A stretch of 64,000 bases of DNA. Source: Vicinamibacterales bacterium. Its GTDB lineage: Bacteria; Acidobacteriota; Vicinamibacteria; Vicinamibacterales; CAVVIG01. The notes below the pieces were generated by a model. It did no database searches. It had not been told where the DNA came from and saw only the letters and a program-made list of their open reading frames with translations. The DNA lies in NCBI GenBank assembly GCA_965229885.1, contig CBDDJX010000003.1, positions 1,875,060-1,939,059 of the forward strand, written 5' to 3'. Both the position numbers and the translations under genes were made by a program. Of the stretch, positions 24,620-35,173 are shown in pieces (within the stretch, counting starts at the first letter, position 1; each line of letters begins with the position of its first letter).

Positions 24620-27019
24620 TTACGTTCTCACCGTCAGAATCAGATACGCGGCGACAGCGCCGAACAGAATGTTCGGCGTCCACGCCGCGAGCACCGGCGA
24701 GAGCAGTCCGCCGGCCCCGATGGCCGCGCACACGCTCAGCATCAACCAGTAGGTGATGGCCAGCACGATGGCGATACCGACGCCGTAGAGCGCGCCTCGA
24801 CGGCCGGTGGTCACCGCGAATGGCACAGCGAGCAGCGTCATCACGACCGTCACGAACGGAAACGCCACCTTCCGCTGCAGCGCCACCATGTACGGCATCA
24901 CGTTGTAGCCGCCGACCCGCAGTTGCGCCACGTATGCCTTGAGCTGCCCGTACGTCATCAGCGCCGCGTCGGGCTCGTCGGTCTTGAAGTAGCTTGGAGC
25001 TTCGAGCGGCAGCGCGCGCTCGGCAAACGGGGCGTACTTGACGACGGTCTTCGTCAGGCTTCCACGCGTGGTCTCGGAAAACTCGCGCGACCAGCCACGA
25101 AACCCCGTCCACCGCGCCGCCGCGACTCCATCGACTCTCTCGACTTTCTCCCCAGGAGCCCGCCGCGCGAGCGCTAGGCGGCTGGCGTGCGTCATCGAAC
25201 GGAGATCCCATCGCACCCGGTCCAGGTGATACACGACGAACTGCTGGAACTCGTTCGTCTTCGCATCAAAGGAGTCGTAGTGATAAATGTCGCCGGTCTC
25301 GCCGACCATCCAGCGCCGGTCCAGCCTTCCGAAGCTCGCCGGCGGCAGATCGCGGATCGCGCGATTCAGGCGATCGGCTTCGCGATTCGAGTGCGCCATT
25401 ACACGCTCCTGGAGCGCGAACAGCGTGGCGCTCGCCGCCACCGCAAAGAGCAGCAGCGGGGCGACCGCGCGGTACAGGCTGATCCCGCACGCGCGCATGA
25501 TGACTAGCTCGCTGTTCCTGGTCATCATGCCGACCGTCACGAGCGTCGCCACGAGCACCGACATCGGGATGATGTAGTACACGTACTGCGGCGTCTGGAA
25601 AACGAAATACCGCAGGAGCATGGGCGTCGTCGCCGAACCGCGAAACAGCTTGTCGGCGAGATCCATGAACGTCGAAATATAGAAGATGCCGAGCAACCCG
25701 AAGAGCCCGAGGAAGAAGATCCGCAGGTACTGACCGGACACGTACAAATCCAGCAGGGCAGGGCGGGGGAGCCTGGAGAAATCGACGTGCGGGACTCGAA
25801 TCACCAAGACGACCCGTTGTGCCGGCCGGCCGCTGCCGACCCCGTGCCCGCCTGAGGCCGCCTTGTCCGCCCCGCCGCGGCGCCAGAACGCCGGAACGCT
25901 GAGGCGAACGGCACGGTCGACTGACCGGGCGCGCCAGAAGAGCAGCGCGACGCCCGCCGTCCCGAAGATGACGTTCGGAATCCACGGGCCGAGGCCGGCT
26001 GGAATCCGTCCGGTGAAGGCGGCCGCCCGCGCGGTCCACAGCACGACGTAGTAGGCGAAAATCACGCCGAAGCCGAGGACGAAGCTGGAGAATCGACCGT
26101 CCTTGCGGTTGCTCACCCCAAGCGCGAGTCCAATCACGGCCAGGACCAGACACGCGGCCGGGAGCGCGAATTTCTGCTGAATGGAGAAGCGCTGCACGTT
26201 TCCGGGATCGTGCCTCGCCGCGCCGGCGGCGATGCTCGCCTCGAGCTCCGCGATGCTCATTTCAGTGGCCGTCTTGGTCGGCTTGATGTTGGAGAACACC
26301 GTATTGGGATCGAGATGGATGAGTACGCTCTTGTAGGCGCCGCCCTCATACTCGTCGGGCTTCGCGGTGGACGTCGTGTGCCGGGTTCCGTTCGTCAGCT
26401 CCAGCGCCACTGATCGCGCTGGACGGTCCACCAGCAGCCGGCCTTCTTTCGCGAAGTACACCGTCGTCTGATTCGGCTGCGATGTGTCGGCGAGAAACAC
26501 GTCGCGCCAGCCGCCGGGCATCACGTCCCTGGCGTAGATGGTCCGGTCGGGAAACTCGTCGTAAAACACGCGCGGCCTGACGTTGCTCTCCGCGCGGTTC
26601 GCGATCACGTTGAAGGTGATCTCGCGGAACGTCTGATTCGCGTCTGGCAGTGCGACAATGATCTGGTGCGCCGTGGCCGCGGTGGCCACGAGGGCGACAA
26701 ATGCGACGGGGCGGATCAGGCGGAACGGGCTGACGCCGCACGCCTGCAGTGCCACAAACTCGCGATCGGCAGACAAGCGGCCGAACCCGATCAGAATCCC
26801 GAGGAGCACCGACATGGGGATGGTCAGGCTGAGCGCCTGCGGCAGGAGCAACGCGAGAACGTGGAGAAAGGTCGACCACGCGATGCCCTTGACGATCAGC
26901 TCCTCCGCCTCGCGCAGAATGGGCGGAATGACCAGGATGAAGGTCAGCAGCACCAAGGACAGCCCCATCGGGAGCAGCAGTTCCCGGACCACGTAGCGAT
27001 CGAGGGTTCGAAACACCAC
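24620..27019 (-). CDS. Fused LptF-LptG lipopolysaccharide export permease (two YjgP/YjgQ modules in one polypeptide)
   Basis: About 800 aa. The first module starts FRTLDRYVVRELLLPMGLSLVLLTFILVI and the second starts LLDLYVSGQYLRIFFLGLFGLLGIFYISTF. Each module has 6 TM segments and a central periplasmic jellyroll region. Likely GTG starts are at 27019 or 27016; the track start is 27061. Confidence 0.85.
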   Translation of the reverse strand: MVFRTLDRYVVRELLLPMGLSLVLLTFILVIPPILREAEELIVKGIAWSTFLHVLALLLPQALSLTIPMSVLLGILIGFGRLSADREFVALQACGVSPFRLIRPVAFVALVATAATAHQIIVALPDANQTFREITFNVIANRAESNVRPRVFYDEFPDRTIYARDVMPGGWRDVFLADTSQPNQTTVYFAKEGRLLVDRPARSVALELTNGTRHTTSTAKPDEYEGGAYKSVLIHLDPNTVFSNIKPTKTATEMSIAELEASIAAGAARHDPGNVQRFSIQQKFALPAACLVLAVIGLALGVSNRKDGRFSSFVLGFGVIFAYYVVLWTARAAAFTGRIPAGLGPWIPNVIFGTAGVALLFWRARSVDRAVRLSVPAFWRRGGADKAASGGHGVGSGRPAQRVVLVIRVPHVDFSRLPRPALLDLYVSGQYLRIFFLGLFGLLGIFYISTFMDLADKLFRGSATTPMLLRYFVFQTPQYVYYIIPMSVLVATLVTVGMMTRNSELVIMRACGISLYRAVAPLLLFAVAASATLFALQERVMAHSNREADRLNRAIRDLPPASFGRLDRRWMVGETGDIYHYDSFDAKTNEFQQFVVYHLDRVRWDLRSMTHASRLALARRAPGEKVERVDGVAAARWTGFRGWSREFSETTRGSLTKTVVKYAPFAERALPLEAPSYFKTDEPDAALMTYGQLKAYVAQLRVGGYNVMPYMVALQRKVAFPFVTVVMTLLAVPFAVTTGRRGALYGVGIAIVLAITYWLMLSVCAAIGAGGLLSPVLAAWTPNILFGAVAAYLILTVRT

Positions 27020-27034
27020 GCTAAAGGTACCACG

Positions 27035-28390
27035 ATGACCAAGGTCGCTCGTCTGGCACATGCACCAGCCCTTTTAGGAGGACCTGGCCACCCACGAGCA
27101 CATCCTGCCGTGGGTCCGGCTGCACGCGCTGAAGGACTACTACGGGACGGTGGCGCTTTTGAAGGAGTTTCCCGACGTCAAGGTCACCTTCAACCTCGTG
27201 CCGTCGATGCTCGTGCAGCTCGAGGCGTTTGCCGCCGGCCATGCGCGCGACCGGTACCTCGAGCTGAGCCTCAAGCCGGCCGTCGATCTGGGCCCGGCCG
27301 ACGTCGAGTTCATCCTCGATCACTTCTTCCAGGCGCAGCGCCAGCGGATGATTGACGTGTATCCGCGGTACGCCGAGCTTCTCGCGCGCCGTGGCGGGCC
27401 GCTCCCGACCGAAACCGACAGGCGCGCAGCGGCCCGCCGGTTCACGGTCGATGACCTCCGCGATCTCCAGGTGTGGCACAAGCTCGCCTGGATGGATTCG
27501 TCTTCTATATCTGGATTGGCCACGTGGACGACCAGCGCGCCTGGAGCCAGCTGGCCGATGCGCGTCAGGCGCTCGAAACCGCCACGCGCGAGGCCGGGGT
27601 CAACCCAGCGGCCCTTGCCGAAGCACGCGAAGAGGTGCTGATCGCCGAAGGCAGCGACTGGTTCTGGTGGTACGGCGACGATCACTCCTCAGATCAGGAC
27701 CGCGAATTCGACGACCTGTTCCGGCGTCATCTGCGGCACGTGTATCGGCTCCTCGAGAAGCCGGTGCCCGACGAACTGCGCGTGAGCAACATCTCTGGCC
27801 TCGGCGCGCCGACGGCCCAAACCGCCCCGATCGCGCTGCTGAGACCCACGCTCGATGGCGAGGAAACCAGCTACTTCGAATGGCTGGGCGCTGGGGCGCT
27901 GGACATTCGCGACGATGGCGGCTAGGGTGGCGCGATGCACCAGGCTGGTCGGCCGACGTCGATGCTCACCCTGGTGCAGTTCGAATTCGGGCGGACACCT
28001 GAGCGGCTGTTCGTTCGGCTGGATAGCGACCGTCGCCTGGCTGACCTACTGGCGGACGGTTATTTGTTCTCCTTCAGGTTTCTACAGTCGGCCGGCGTCC
28101 GGTTCATCGTCCGGGCGGTGGGCGGCCAGGCGATCGGGGCGTTCTGGGAGCGGGCGGCGGAAGGCCGCGCGTGGACCGAACGAGGACCCGGAGGCTCGAC
28201 GGTCGCCGCCGGGACGATTCTCGAAGCGGCGCTCCCGCTGGCGGGACTGGTTTCAGGTGCATACGCTCGCGTGGCATTCGTCGTCGTCTCGGCGCCTGAT
28301 GAATCCGAGATTGAGACCCACCTGGAACATCATCCCATCGAGGCGGCTGTGCCGGCCGGCCAGTTCGAAGCCCGCCACGGGATCGCGTAG
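27035..28390 (+). pseudogene. Glycoside hydrolase family 57 remnant (frameshifts, two in-frame TAGs, internal deletion of the catalytic core)
   Basis: MTKVARL (frame change) [54 protein letters not shown]...LQVWHKLAWMD (frame change) ...YIWIGHVDDQRAWSQL...EGSDWFWWYGDD...DDGG*GGAMHQAG...LFVRLD... The TAGs are at 27075-27077 and 27923-27925. About 290 aa that are normally between the LAW motif and WIG are absent. Confidence 0.75.
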
Positions 28391-28537
28391 CCTAAGGCGC
28401 TGCATAAACCATCCACGGGGGGGATTCGTGGGCGATATCACTAGGGTCTGATAATGGATGTTATGTTAACTATCCGGTAGGTCCGCCGACTTGAGACTTC
28501 CTCGCGAGTCAACGCGGCCCCCGGCGTGCCCTAGTAA

Positions 28538-29098
28538 TTAGCTGCGCAAATCGGCGTAGCAATGTTTGAGTCCGACGAAGTGAACCACGCGCTTCCGCAA
28601 CTCAAAGGGCGTGGCGTGCGCATTGTAGGCCTTGACGAAGCGGTCGATGGCGGCGCGCAGCTGCGGCACCGAGCTGAAGCTGGCGCCCTACAAGGCCCGC
28701 CGACTGAGGATGTGGGTATTGAGGTTCATGACGTCCAGGAACTCGCGTCGACGGCGCCTGGCGTAGTGCCCCGCGGTGAGCTATCCCGTCGCGATATTGA
28801 GCGCCGCGAACAACGTAGCTGGCGCCGTGGCGCTTATATTCGTGACTAAAGCCGCGTAGCCCGTGCCGTTCGGCAGGCCGGCCACGCCCCGCGTCGCAAA
28901 CCGGGCCGCCGCTTGCCTACCGTTGCCGGGCGCAGGGCCCACTGCTCCGCGATGTCGTCCGTCGACCGCCCCTCGCGCCGCCTGCACGATGCGCGCCCGC
29001 ACGACCACCCGTTGCTCGCTGGCGGGCGCTCGCAGGCGCTGCGTCAATGTGGCGCGATCTTCTGGCGTCAACGCAATCGTCGTGGCGGGACGGCCCAT
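28538..29098 (-). mobile_element. Degraded IS630-family transposase remnant (internal deletions, two in-frame TAGs)
   Basis: Minus-strand reading: MGRPATTIALTPEDRATLTQRLRAPASEQRVVVRARIVQAA... (HTH part) ...TLFAALNIATG*LTAGHYARRRRREFLDVMNLNTHILSRRAL*GASFSSVPQLRAAIDRFVKAYNAHATPFELRK. It matches the IS630 layout, but most of the DDE core is missing. I could not define convincing terminal inverted repeats. Confidence 0.7.
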
Positions 29099-29140
29099 GC
29101 CGCCAGTCTACGTATTAACGTTGAAGTGTACAAGTAAGTG

Positions 29141-29954
<814 letters not shown>

Positions 29955-29962
<8 letters not shown>

Positions 29963-30710
29963 GGTCGATTACCTCCTCGCACAGGCTGTAGTACTCAGTC
30001 GCGCCGGTCGAATCGGGCGCGAATGTGAAAATCGATTCCTTGTAGGCGGGGCTCTCCTCGAGCCGCACGCTCTTGGTGATGACGGTCTTGAACACCTTCT
30101 TGCCGAAGACCTTCTGAATCTGGATCCGGATGTCGCGCGCAAGCGCCGTCCGCTTGTCGTGCATGGTAATCACGACGCCGAGAATCCGCAGCGCCGGGTT
30201 CGGGCGCGCCCGCACTTTCTCGATCGTTTCGAGCAGGTCGTCCGTCCCCTCGAGCGCGAAGTACGATGACTGGATCGGGATCAGTAGGTGCGTCGCCGCC
30301 ACCAGCGCGTTGACCGTCAGTAGCCCCAGCGTCGGCGGGCAGTCGATCACGATGTGCGGGTACTCCTTGCGAATCGGCTCGAGCTTGTCCTTCAGCCGAA
30401 AATGCGCGTCCATCTCCCCCAATAATTTCGCCTCGATCTTGGCGAGGGCGATCCGGGACGGCGTGATAGACAGGTTCGCCAGCGGCGTCGGCATGATGAC
30501 GTCCTTCATCGCGACACCCGGCTCGACGATCACGTCGTAGACGCTCTTGGTGACCTGCGACATGTCGAGAAACGACATCGTGCTGTTCGACTGAGGGTCG
30601 AAATCAAGAAGCAACGTGCGCGTGCCCCGCAGCGCGAGCGCCGCGGCGAGATTGATCGCGGTCGTGGTCTTGCCCACGCCGCCTTTCTGGTTGGCGATGG
30701 CGACGATCAT
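29955..30710 (-). CDS. parA: Chromosome partitioning ATPase ParA/Soj
   Basis: ATG at 30710 gives MIVAIANQKGGVGKTTTAINLAAALA (deviant Walker A). It overlaps parB by 8 nt. The track start at 30761 is probably too early. Confidence 0.93.
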
Positions 30711-30761
30711 CAGTGGGGTGGAACGGCAGGATTGTAACAGGAAAGAGCGAGCCGGGATCAT

Positions 30762-31247
30762 TCACATCTTGTACTTGCCGAGGTCATCCGGATCGAGGCT
30801 CTCGAGCCACCGGCGGAGACGGTCCGGGTCGGCCTGTTCCGTGGAAAAGTCGACCAGCTTGGCGTTGTCGATGACCACGTCCTCCACAAAAATTGGCGCT
30901 CGAGTGCGGAGCGCCAGCGCGATGGCATCGCTCGGCCGGGCATCGATCGCCACCGTGTCGCCATTGAGCGACAGGTAGATCAGCGCGTAGAACGTGTTCT
31001 CCTGGAGGTCGCACACGACGATCTTCTGCACCGATGCCCGGAGATCCTGAATGACGTTCCGGAGGAGATCGTGCGTCATCGGCCGCGGCGTCGAGGTGTT
31101 CTCAATCTGCAGCGCGATGGCGTTGGCTTCGAAGATACCAACCCAGATAGGGAGCACCTTCTGTCCCTCCTTGTCGCGAAGGATGACGATCGGCACATTC
31201 GTGACCGGATCGACCATCAAGCCCTTGATCGTCATTTCGATCTGCAT
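30762..31247 (-). CDS. Bifunctional nuclease family protein (BFN/DUF151)
   Basis: MQIEMTIKGLMVDPVTNVPIVILRDKEGQKVLPIWVGIFEANAIALQIE...RPMTHDLL...IDARPSDAIALALR is typical of BFN-domain proteins. The alternative GTG start is at 31259. Confidence 0.8.
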   Translation of the reverse strand: MQIEMTIKGLMVDPVTNVPIVILRDKEGQKVLPIWVGIFEANAIALQIENTSTPRPMTHDLLRNVIQDLRASVQKIVVCDLQENTFYALIYLSLNGDTVAIDARPSDAIALALRTRAPIFVEDVVIDNAKLVDFSTEQADPDRLRRWLESLDPDDLGKYKM

Positions 31248-32581
31248 GGCTGCCCCCACACGCTATGCGGCCCGGCGCGCTCGATGCGGACCGGGACGGT
31301 CTGGCCTATCCACTCAGCGGGTCCAGGCAGGTTCACGACGACGTTCGTGCTGCTCCGCCCCGAAAGCTCCGTGGCGTGGCGGCGGCTCGCGGCATCGACC
31401 AGTACCGCAACCTCCTCGCCCACCATCCGTGCGTGCAGCGCCGTCTGAATGTCGCGCTGCCGCGCCTGCAAGGCCATGATACGCCTTGTCTTCACATCCT
31501 CCGGCACATCCGCCGGCAGCCGTTTCTCGGCGAGCGTGTTCGGACGCTCGGAGTACTTGAACGAGAACATGCTGTGGTAGCCCACCTCGGCCGTCAACGA
31601 CATCGTGTCCTCGAAGTCCGCCTCGGACTCGCCCGGGAACCCGACGATTATATCGGTTGAGAGTGCCACCTCCGGCAGCCGATCGCGAATCGAGGCCACG
31701 AGCTGCAGGTAGCTCTCGCGCGTGTACCGGCGACGCATCGCGTCGAGGATCCGCGTCGAGCCGGACTGCACCGGCAGGTGCAGGTGACGGCAGATCTTGG
31801 GGAGCCGGATCATGGCATCTAGGAAGTCCGCCGTGACATGGCGCGGGTGCGGGCTGGCGAACCGGATCCGCTCGATCCCCTCGATGTCATGGACTGCCTC
31901 GAGCAGCGCCGCGAAGTCGCACGCCGGGTCGTCTGGCGCGGTGTAATGGTTCACGATCTGTCCGAGTAGTTGCACTTCGCGATGTCCGGTGACCGCCGCC
32001 TCGCGGACCTCGGCCAGGATGTCGGCCATCGCCCGCATCCGCTCGTGTCCGCGGGTGTAGGGCACGACGCAGAAGCTGCAGAACTCGTTACAACCCTCGA
32101 TGATCGTCACGTACGCCTTGATCGGATCGCTTCGCCGCGTCACGCCCAATGGCCACGTCACGTCGTCGTAGGCGGTCAGGTCGAGGAACAGGGGGACAGC
32201 AAAGACTCCCGTCCGCTTTTTCGCGGCCTGCTCGACAAGCATCGGGAGTCGGCGGATGGCCTGGGTTCCGACGACCACGTCGACCACGCCGCGCGCCCGC
32301 TTGAAAATCGCCTCGCCTTCCTGCTGCGCCACGCAGCCGGCGACCGCGACGATGGGGTCGCGCCCCTGTTCGGCTGCCAACTGACCGAGTTCGCCGAGCC
32401 GCGTGTACAACTTCTCCTCGGCCCGCTCGCGGACACTGCAGGTGTTGATCACGACGACGTCTGCGTCGGCCGCGTCGTCGACCGCCTCGAAGCCGGCCTG
32501 CTCGAGGAGGCCCGCCATCCGCTCCGAGTCGTGGACGTTCATCTGGCAGCCGTACGTTTCGATCAGATATTTACGCGCCAT
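31232..32581 (-). CDS. miaB: tRNA-i6A37 methylthiotransferase MiaB (radical SAM)
   Basis: 449-aa ORF with the UPF0004 N-domain (YLIETYGCQMNVHDSE), the radical SAM motif CNEFCSFCVVPYTRG and a C-terminal TRAM domain. Confidence 0.93.
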   Translation of the reverse strand: MARKYLIETYGCQMNVHDSERMAGLLEQAGFEAVDDAADADVVVINTCSVRERAEEKLYTRLGELGQLAAEQGRDPIVAVAGCVAQQEGEAIFKRARGVVDVVVGTQAIRRLPMLVEQAAKKRTGVFAVPLFLDLTAYDDVTWPLGVTRRSDPIKAYVTIIEGCNEFCSFCVVPYTRGHERMRAMADILAEVREAAVTGHREVQLLGQIVNHYTAPDDPACDFAALLEAVHDIEGIERIRFASPHPRHVTADFLDAMIRLPKICRHLHLPVQSGSTRILDAMRRRYTRESYLQLVASIRDRLPEVALSTDIIVGFPGESEADFEDTMSLTAEVGYHSMFSFKYSERPNTLAEKRLPADVPEDVKTRRIMALQARQRDIQTALHARMVGEEVAVLVDAASRRHATELSGRSSTNVVVNLPGPAEWIGQTVPVRIERAGPHSVWGQPCRSK

Positions 32582-34298
32582 GTGTCCGGGGCGGTTTCGC
32601 TTTCGCCCTTTCGCTTTCGCCTTTCGCCTTTCGGTCGGCCCGCCCTGCCAGCATCTCGCGGGCTGAGGCCCTCAGCCCCTCTGTAATCGCGGCCCCGCCC
32701 AGCATCCGCGCGATTTCATTGACCCGGCCCTCGTGGTCGAGCCGCCGAACGGAGGTCGCGGTGCGCCTCGCGTCGACGCACTTGTCAATTTGAAAATGCG
32801 TGTCGGCATATGCCGCAATCTGCGGCAGGTGCGTGATGCAGAGCACCTGGAACGCCGAGCCGAGCGCATGCAGCTTGCGGCCGACGACGTCGGCGACCCG
32901 CCCGCCGATGCCCGCGTCCACTTCGTCGAAGATTAATCCGGGGACTCCTGTCCCAAGTCGCCGCGCGCCGAAGGTCAGCGTCTTGATCGCGAGCATGATA
33001 CGTGATAACTCACCGCCAGACACGATGCGGGCGAGCGGGCGCAAGTCCTCGCCGGGGTTCGGCGACACGAAGAATTCCGCCATGTCGATCCCCTCCGCCG
33101 TCCAACCAGACTCCTCGGGAATCGTGTCAGCTGCGCCGGCGAACCGCACCTCAAACCGCGTGCGCTCCATCGCCAGCTCTGCCAGAAGACGCTCGAGCTC
33201 CCGCGCGAACCGGCCTACCGCCTGCCGACGGGCCTTTCCGAGGGGGCGGGCCGCGCCGAGATATTGCTCGCGGGCCGCCACGTGGTCGCGCTCGAGTTGC
33301 GCCATCCGGTCGTCGCCTTGCTGTAATTCATCCAGCTCACTTCGAAGCGCGCCGCGCCGCGCCACCACCTCGCCGAGCGTCGGGCCGTACTTGCGTTTCA
33401 GCCGGTCGAGAAGCGCCAGTCGCTCCTCGACCTGCTGCAGCCGGGCGGGCGATGCGTCAATCCCGTCGGCGTACCGGCGCAGAAACAGTGCGAGATCCTC
33501 GAGCTGAGACTTCAGACCGTCGCGCGCCTCGACATGAGGTTGAAACGTCGGATCGAGCGCCGCCAGTTCTGACACATGGCGCCAGACGTGGCCGAGCCGG
33601 GCCAGGATGGCGTCGTCACTCTCATAAAGGGACGCGTAGCTTTCCTGGCAGAGCCGCTCGACGCGCTCCGCGCTCGCCAGCACCTGCCGCAACGCCGCCA
33701 ATTCGACGTCTTCTCCAGGCTGGCCCGGCTCCCCCGCTTTCACCGCTCCGCGATCCAGTTCATGCAACTGGAACGTCAGTAGATCGCGTCGCGCGTCGCG
33801 GTCGGCGATCGCGTGCCGCAGACGTGACAGCGCATCGGCCGACGCGCGCATGGCTTCGAACGCCGCACGGACGGGAGCGACGAGTGGCTCGAGTTGGCCG
33901 AAGGCGTCGAGCACACCGAGATGGGTCGACGGATCGAGCAGCGTCTGATGCTCGTGCTGGCCGTGAATCTCGATGAGGTTCGCCGCCAGCTCCTTCAGGC
34001 CGCCCGCCGTCGTGAGGGCGCCATTGACATAGGCGCGGCTGCGGCCCTGCGCGGTAATCTCGCGCCGCACGAGAATTTCGGTGTCGCCGCTTTCGAAAAT
34101 CGCTTCGACGCTGGCGGCGTCTTCACCGGTCCTGACGAGGTCGCCGGAGGCGCGGCCGCCGAGCAGCAGGCCCACGGCTTCCACGAGAATCGACTTGCCC
34201 GCGCCGGTTTCGCCGGTGAGGATATTCAGGCCGGCATCGAATTCGACCTCGACCGAATCGATAACCGCGAGGTGAGTGATACGTAGAAAGCGGAGCAT
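32571..34298 (-). CDS. recN: DNA repair protein RecN
   Basis: 575-aa ORF: MLRFLRITHLAVIDSVEVEFDAGLNILTGETGAGKSIL (Walker A), a long coiled coil, and the C-terminal SGGELSRIMLAIK / LIFDEVDAGIGG. Confidence 0.93.
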   Translation of the reverse strand: MLRFLRITHLAVIDSVEVEFDAGLNILTGETGAGKSILVEAVGLLLGGRASGDLVRTGEDAASVEAIFESGDTEILVRREITAQGRSRAYVNGALTTAGGLKELAANLIEIHGQHEHQTLLDPSTHLGVLDAFGQLEPLVAPVRAAFEAMRASADALSRLRHAIADRDARRDLLTFQLHELDRGAVKAGEPGQPGEDVELAALRQVLASAERVERLCQESYASLYESDDAILARLGHVWRHVSELAALDPTFQPHVEARDGLKSQLEDLALFLRRYADGIDASPARLQQVEERLALLDRLKRKYGPTLGEVVARRGALRSELDELQQGDDRMAQLERDHVAAREQYLGAARPLGKARRQAVGRFARELERLLAELAMERTRFEVRFAGAADTIPEESGWTAEGIDMAEFFVSPNPGEDLRPLARIVSGGELSRIMLAIKTLTFGARRLGTGVPGLIFDEVDAGIGGRVADVVGRKLHALGSAFQVLCITHLPQIAAYADTHFQIDKCVDARRTATSVRRLDHEGRVNEIARMLGGAAITEGLRASAREMLAGRADRKAKGESERAKAKPPRTHGA

Positions 34299-34331
34299 TA
34301 AAAGAGAGCGAACCCCAATCTTAACATAGGT

Positions 34332-34360
34332 TTGACAGCCGTTTCACCCCGTGCTACAGT
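34332..34360 (+). promoter_or_regulatory. Candidate sigma-70 promoter for the tol-pal operon (TTGACA-17 nt-TACAGT)
   Basis: ttgaca at 34332-34337, a 17-nt spacer, then tacagt at 34355-34360. It lies about 50 nt upstream of the tolQ start, in the recN/tolQ divergent spacer. Confidence 0.5.
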
Positions 34361-34411
34361 GGTGTCTATCGCGCTGTTCCAGCGGCGCACAGCTATCTCG
34401 CGGAGGACCGT

Positions 34412-35173
34412 TTGCGCACGCTTGGAAGCCCGTTCTATGCCCTGCAGCTTCAGGGTCAGGACGGAGCTGATGCTGGGAGTTCCGGCTCGCAGATTCTCGA
34501 CCTGCTCGTCCACACCAGTTACGTCTCGAGAGTGGTCCTCGTCATTCTTGCGCTCTTCTCCATCGCTTCCTGGAGCGTGATTCTCTACAAGCTCTGGACG
34601 TTTCGGCGCTCCGAGCGCCAGACCGCCCAGTTCCTCGACGTGTTCAGGCGCAGCAATAAGTTTTCCGAGGTTCAGGCCGTCTGCGGATCGCTCATCGCGA
34701 GCCCGCTCGTCGGCCTGTTTCAGTCTGCCTACGCCGAACTCACCGCCCAACTCCGCGGAAATGCCGTCGACGTGGACCGGCCACAAGCCGCCGCCGGTCG
34801 TCCTACGCTGAAGAGTCTCACGGCCGTCGATCGTTCGCTCATGCGCGCGTCGCTTGTCGAGGTCAACAAGCTCGAACGGCGGCTGCCGCTCCTCGCCACG
34901 ACCGCGAGCGTGTCGCCGTTCATCGGGTTATTCGGGACAGTTTGGGGCATCATGACGGCGTTTCTGAGCATTGGGCAAACCGGCTCGACGAGTCTCAGCG
35001 TAGTCGGCACGCCCATCGCCGAGGCGCTCGTCGCCACGGCGTTCGGCCTCGCGGCGGCCATTCCCGCCCTGGTCGCGTACAACCACCTGTCGAACCGCGT
35101 GAAGTTGTTTGCGTCGGGGATGGACGACTTCTCGATGGAGTTCCTCAATATCACCGAACGAAATTTCACCTGA
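34412..35173 (+). CDS. tolQ: Tol-Pal system protein TolQ (MotA/TolQ/ExbB proton channel)
   Basis: 253-aa ORF with three TM segments and the C-terminal motif ATTASVSPFIGLFGTVWGIMTAF...IAEALVATAFGLAAAIPA. It is the first gene of the tolQRAB-pal-cpoB order. Confidence 0.85.
   Translation: MRTLGSPFYALQLQGQDGADAGSSGSQILDLLVHTSYVSRVVLVILALFSIASWSVILYKLWTFRRSERQTAQFLDVFRRSNKFSEVQAVCGSLIASPLVGLFQSAYAELTAQLRGNAVDVDRPQAAAGRPTLKSLTAVDRSLMRASLVEVNKLERRLPLLATTASVSPFIGLFGTVWGIMTAFLSIGQTGSTSLSVVGTPIAEALVATAFGLAAAIPALVAYNHLSNRVKLFASGMDDFSMEFLNITERNFT

Noticed and set aside
28391-28545. Attempt to define IS630 terminal inverted repeats (28440-28545 versus 29099-29140)
   Set aside because: Only a weak gttaac/gttaat similarity was found, with no convincing inverted repeat or TA duplication. 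The element ends appear to have been lost, so only the transposase remnant is reported.
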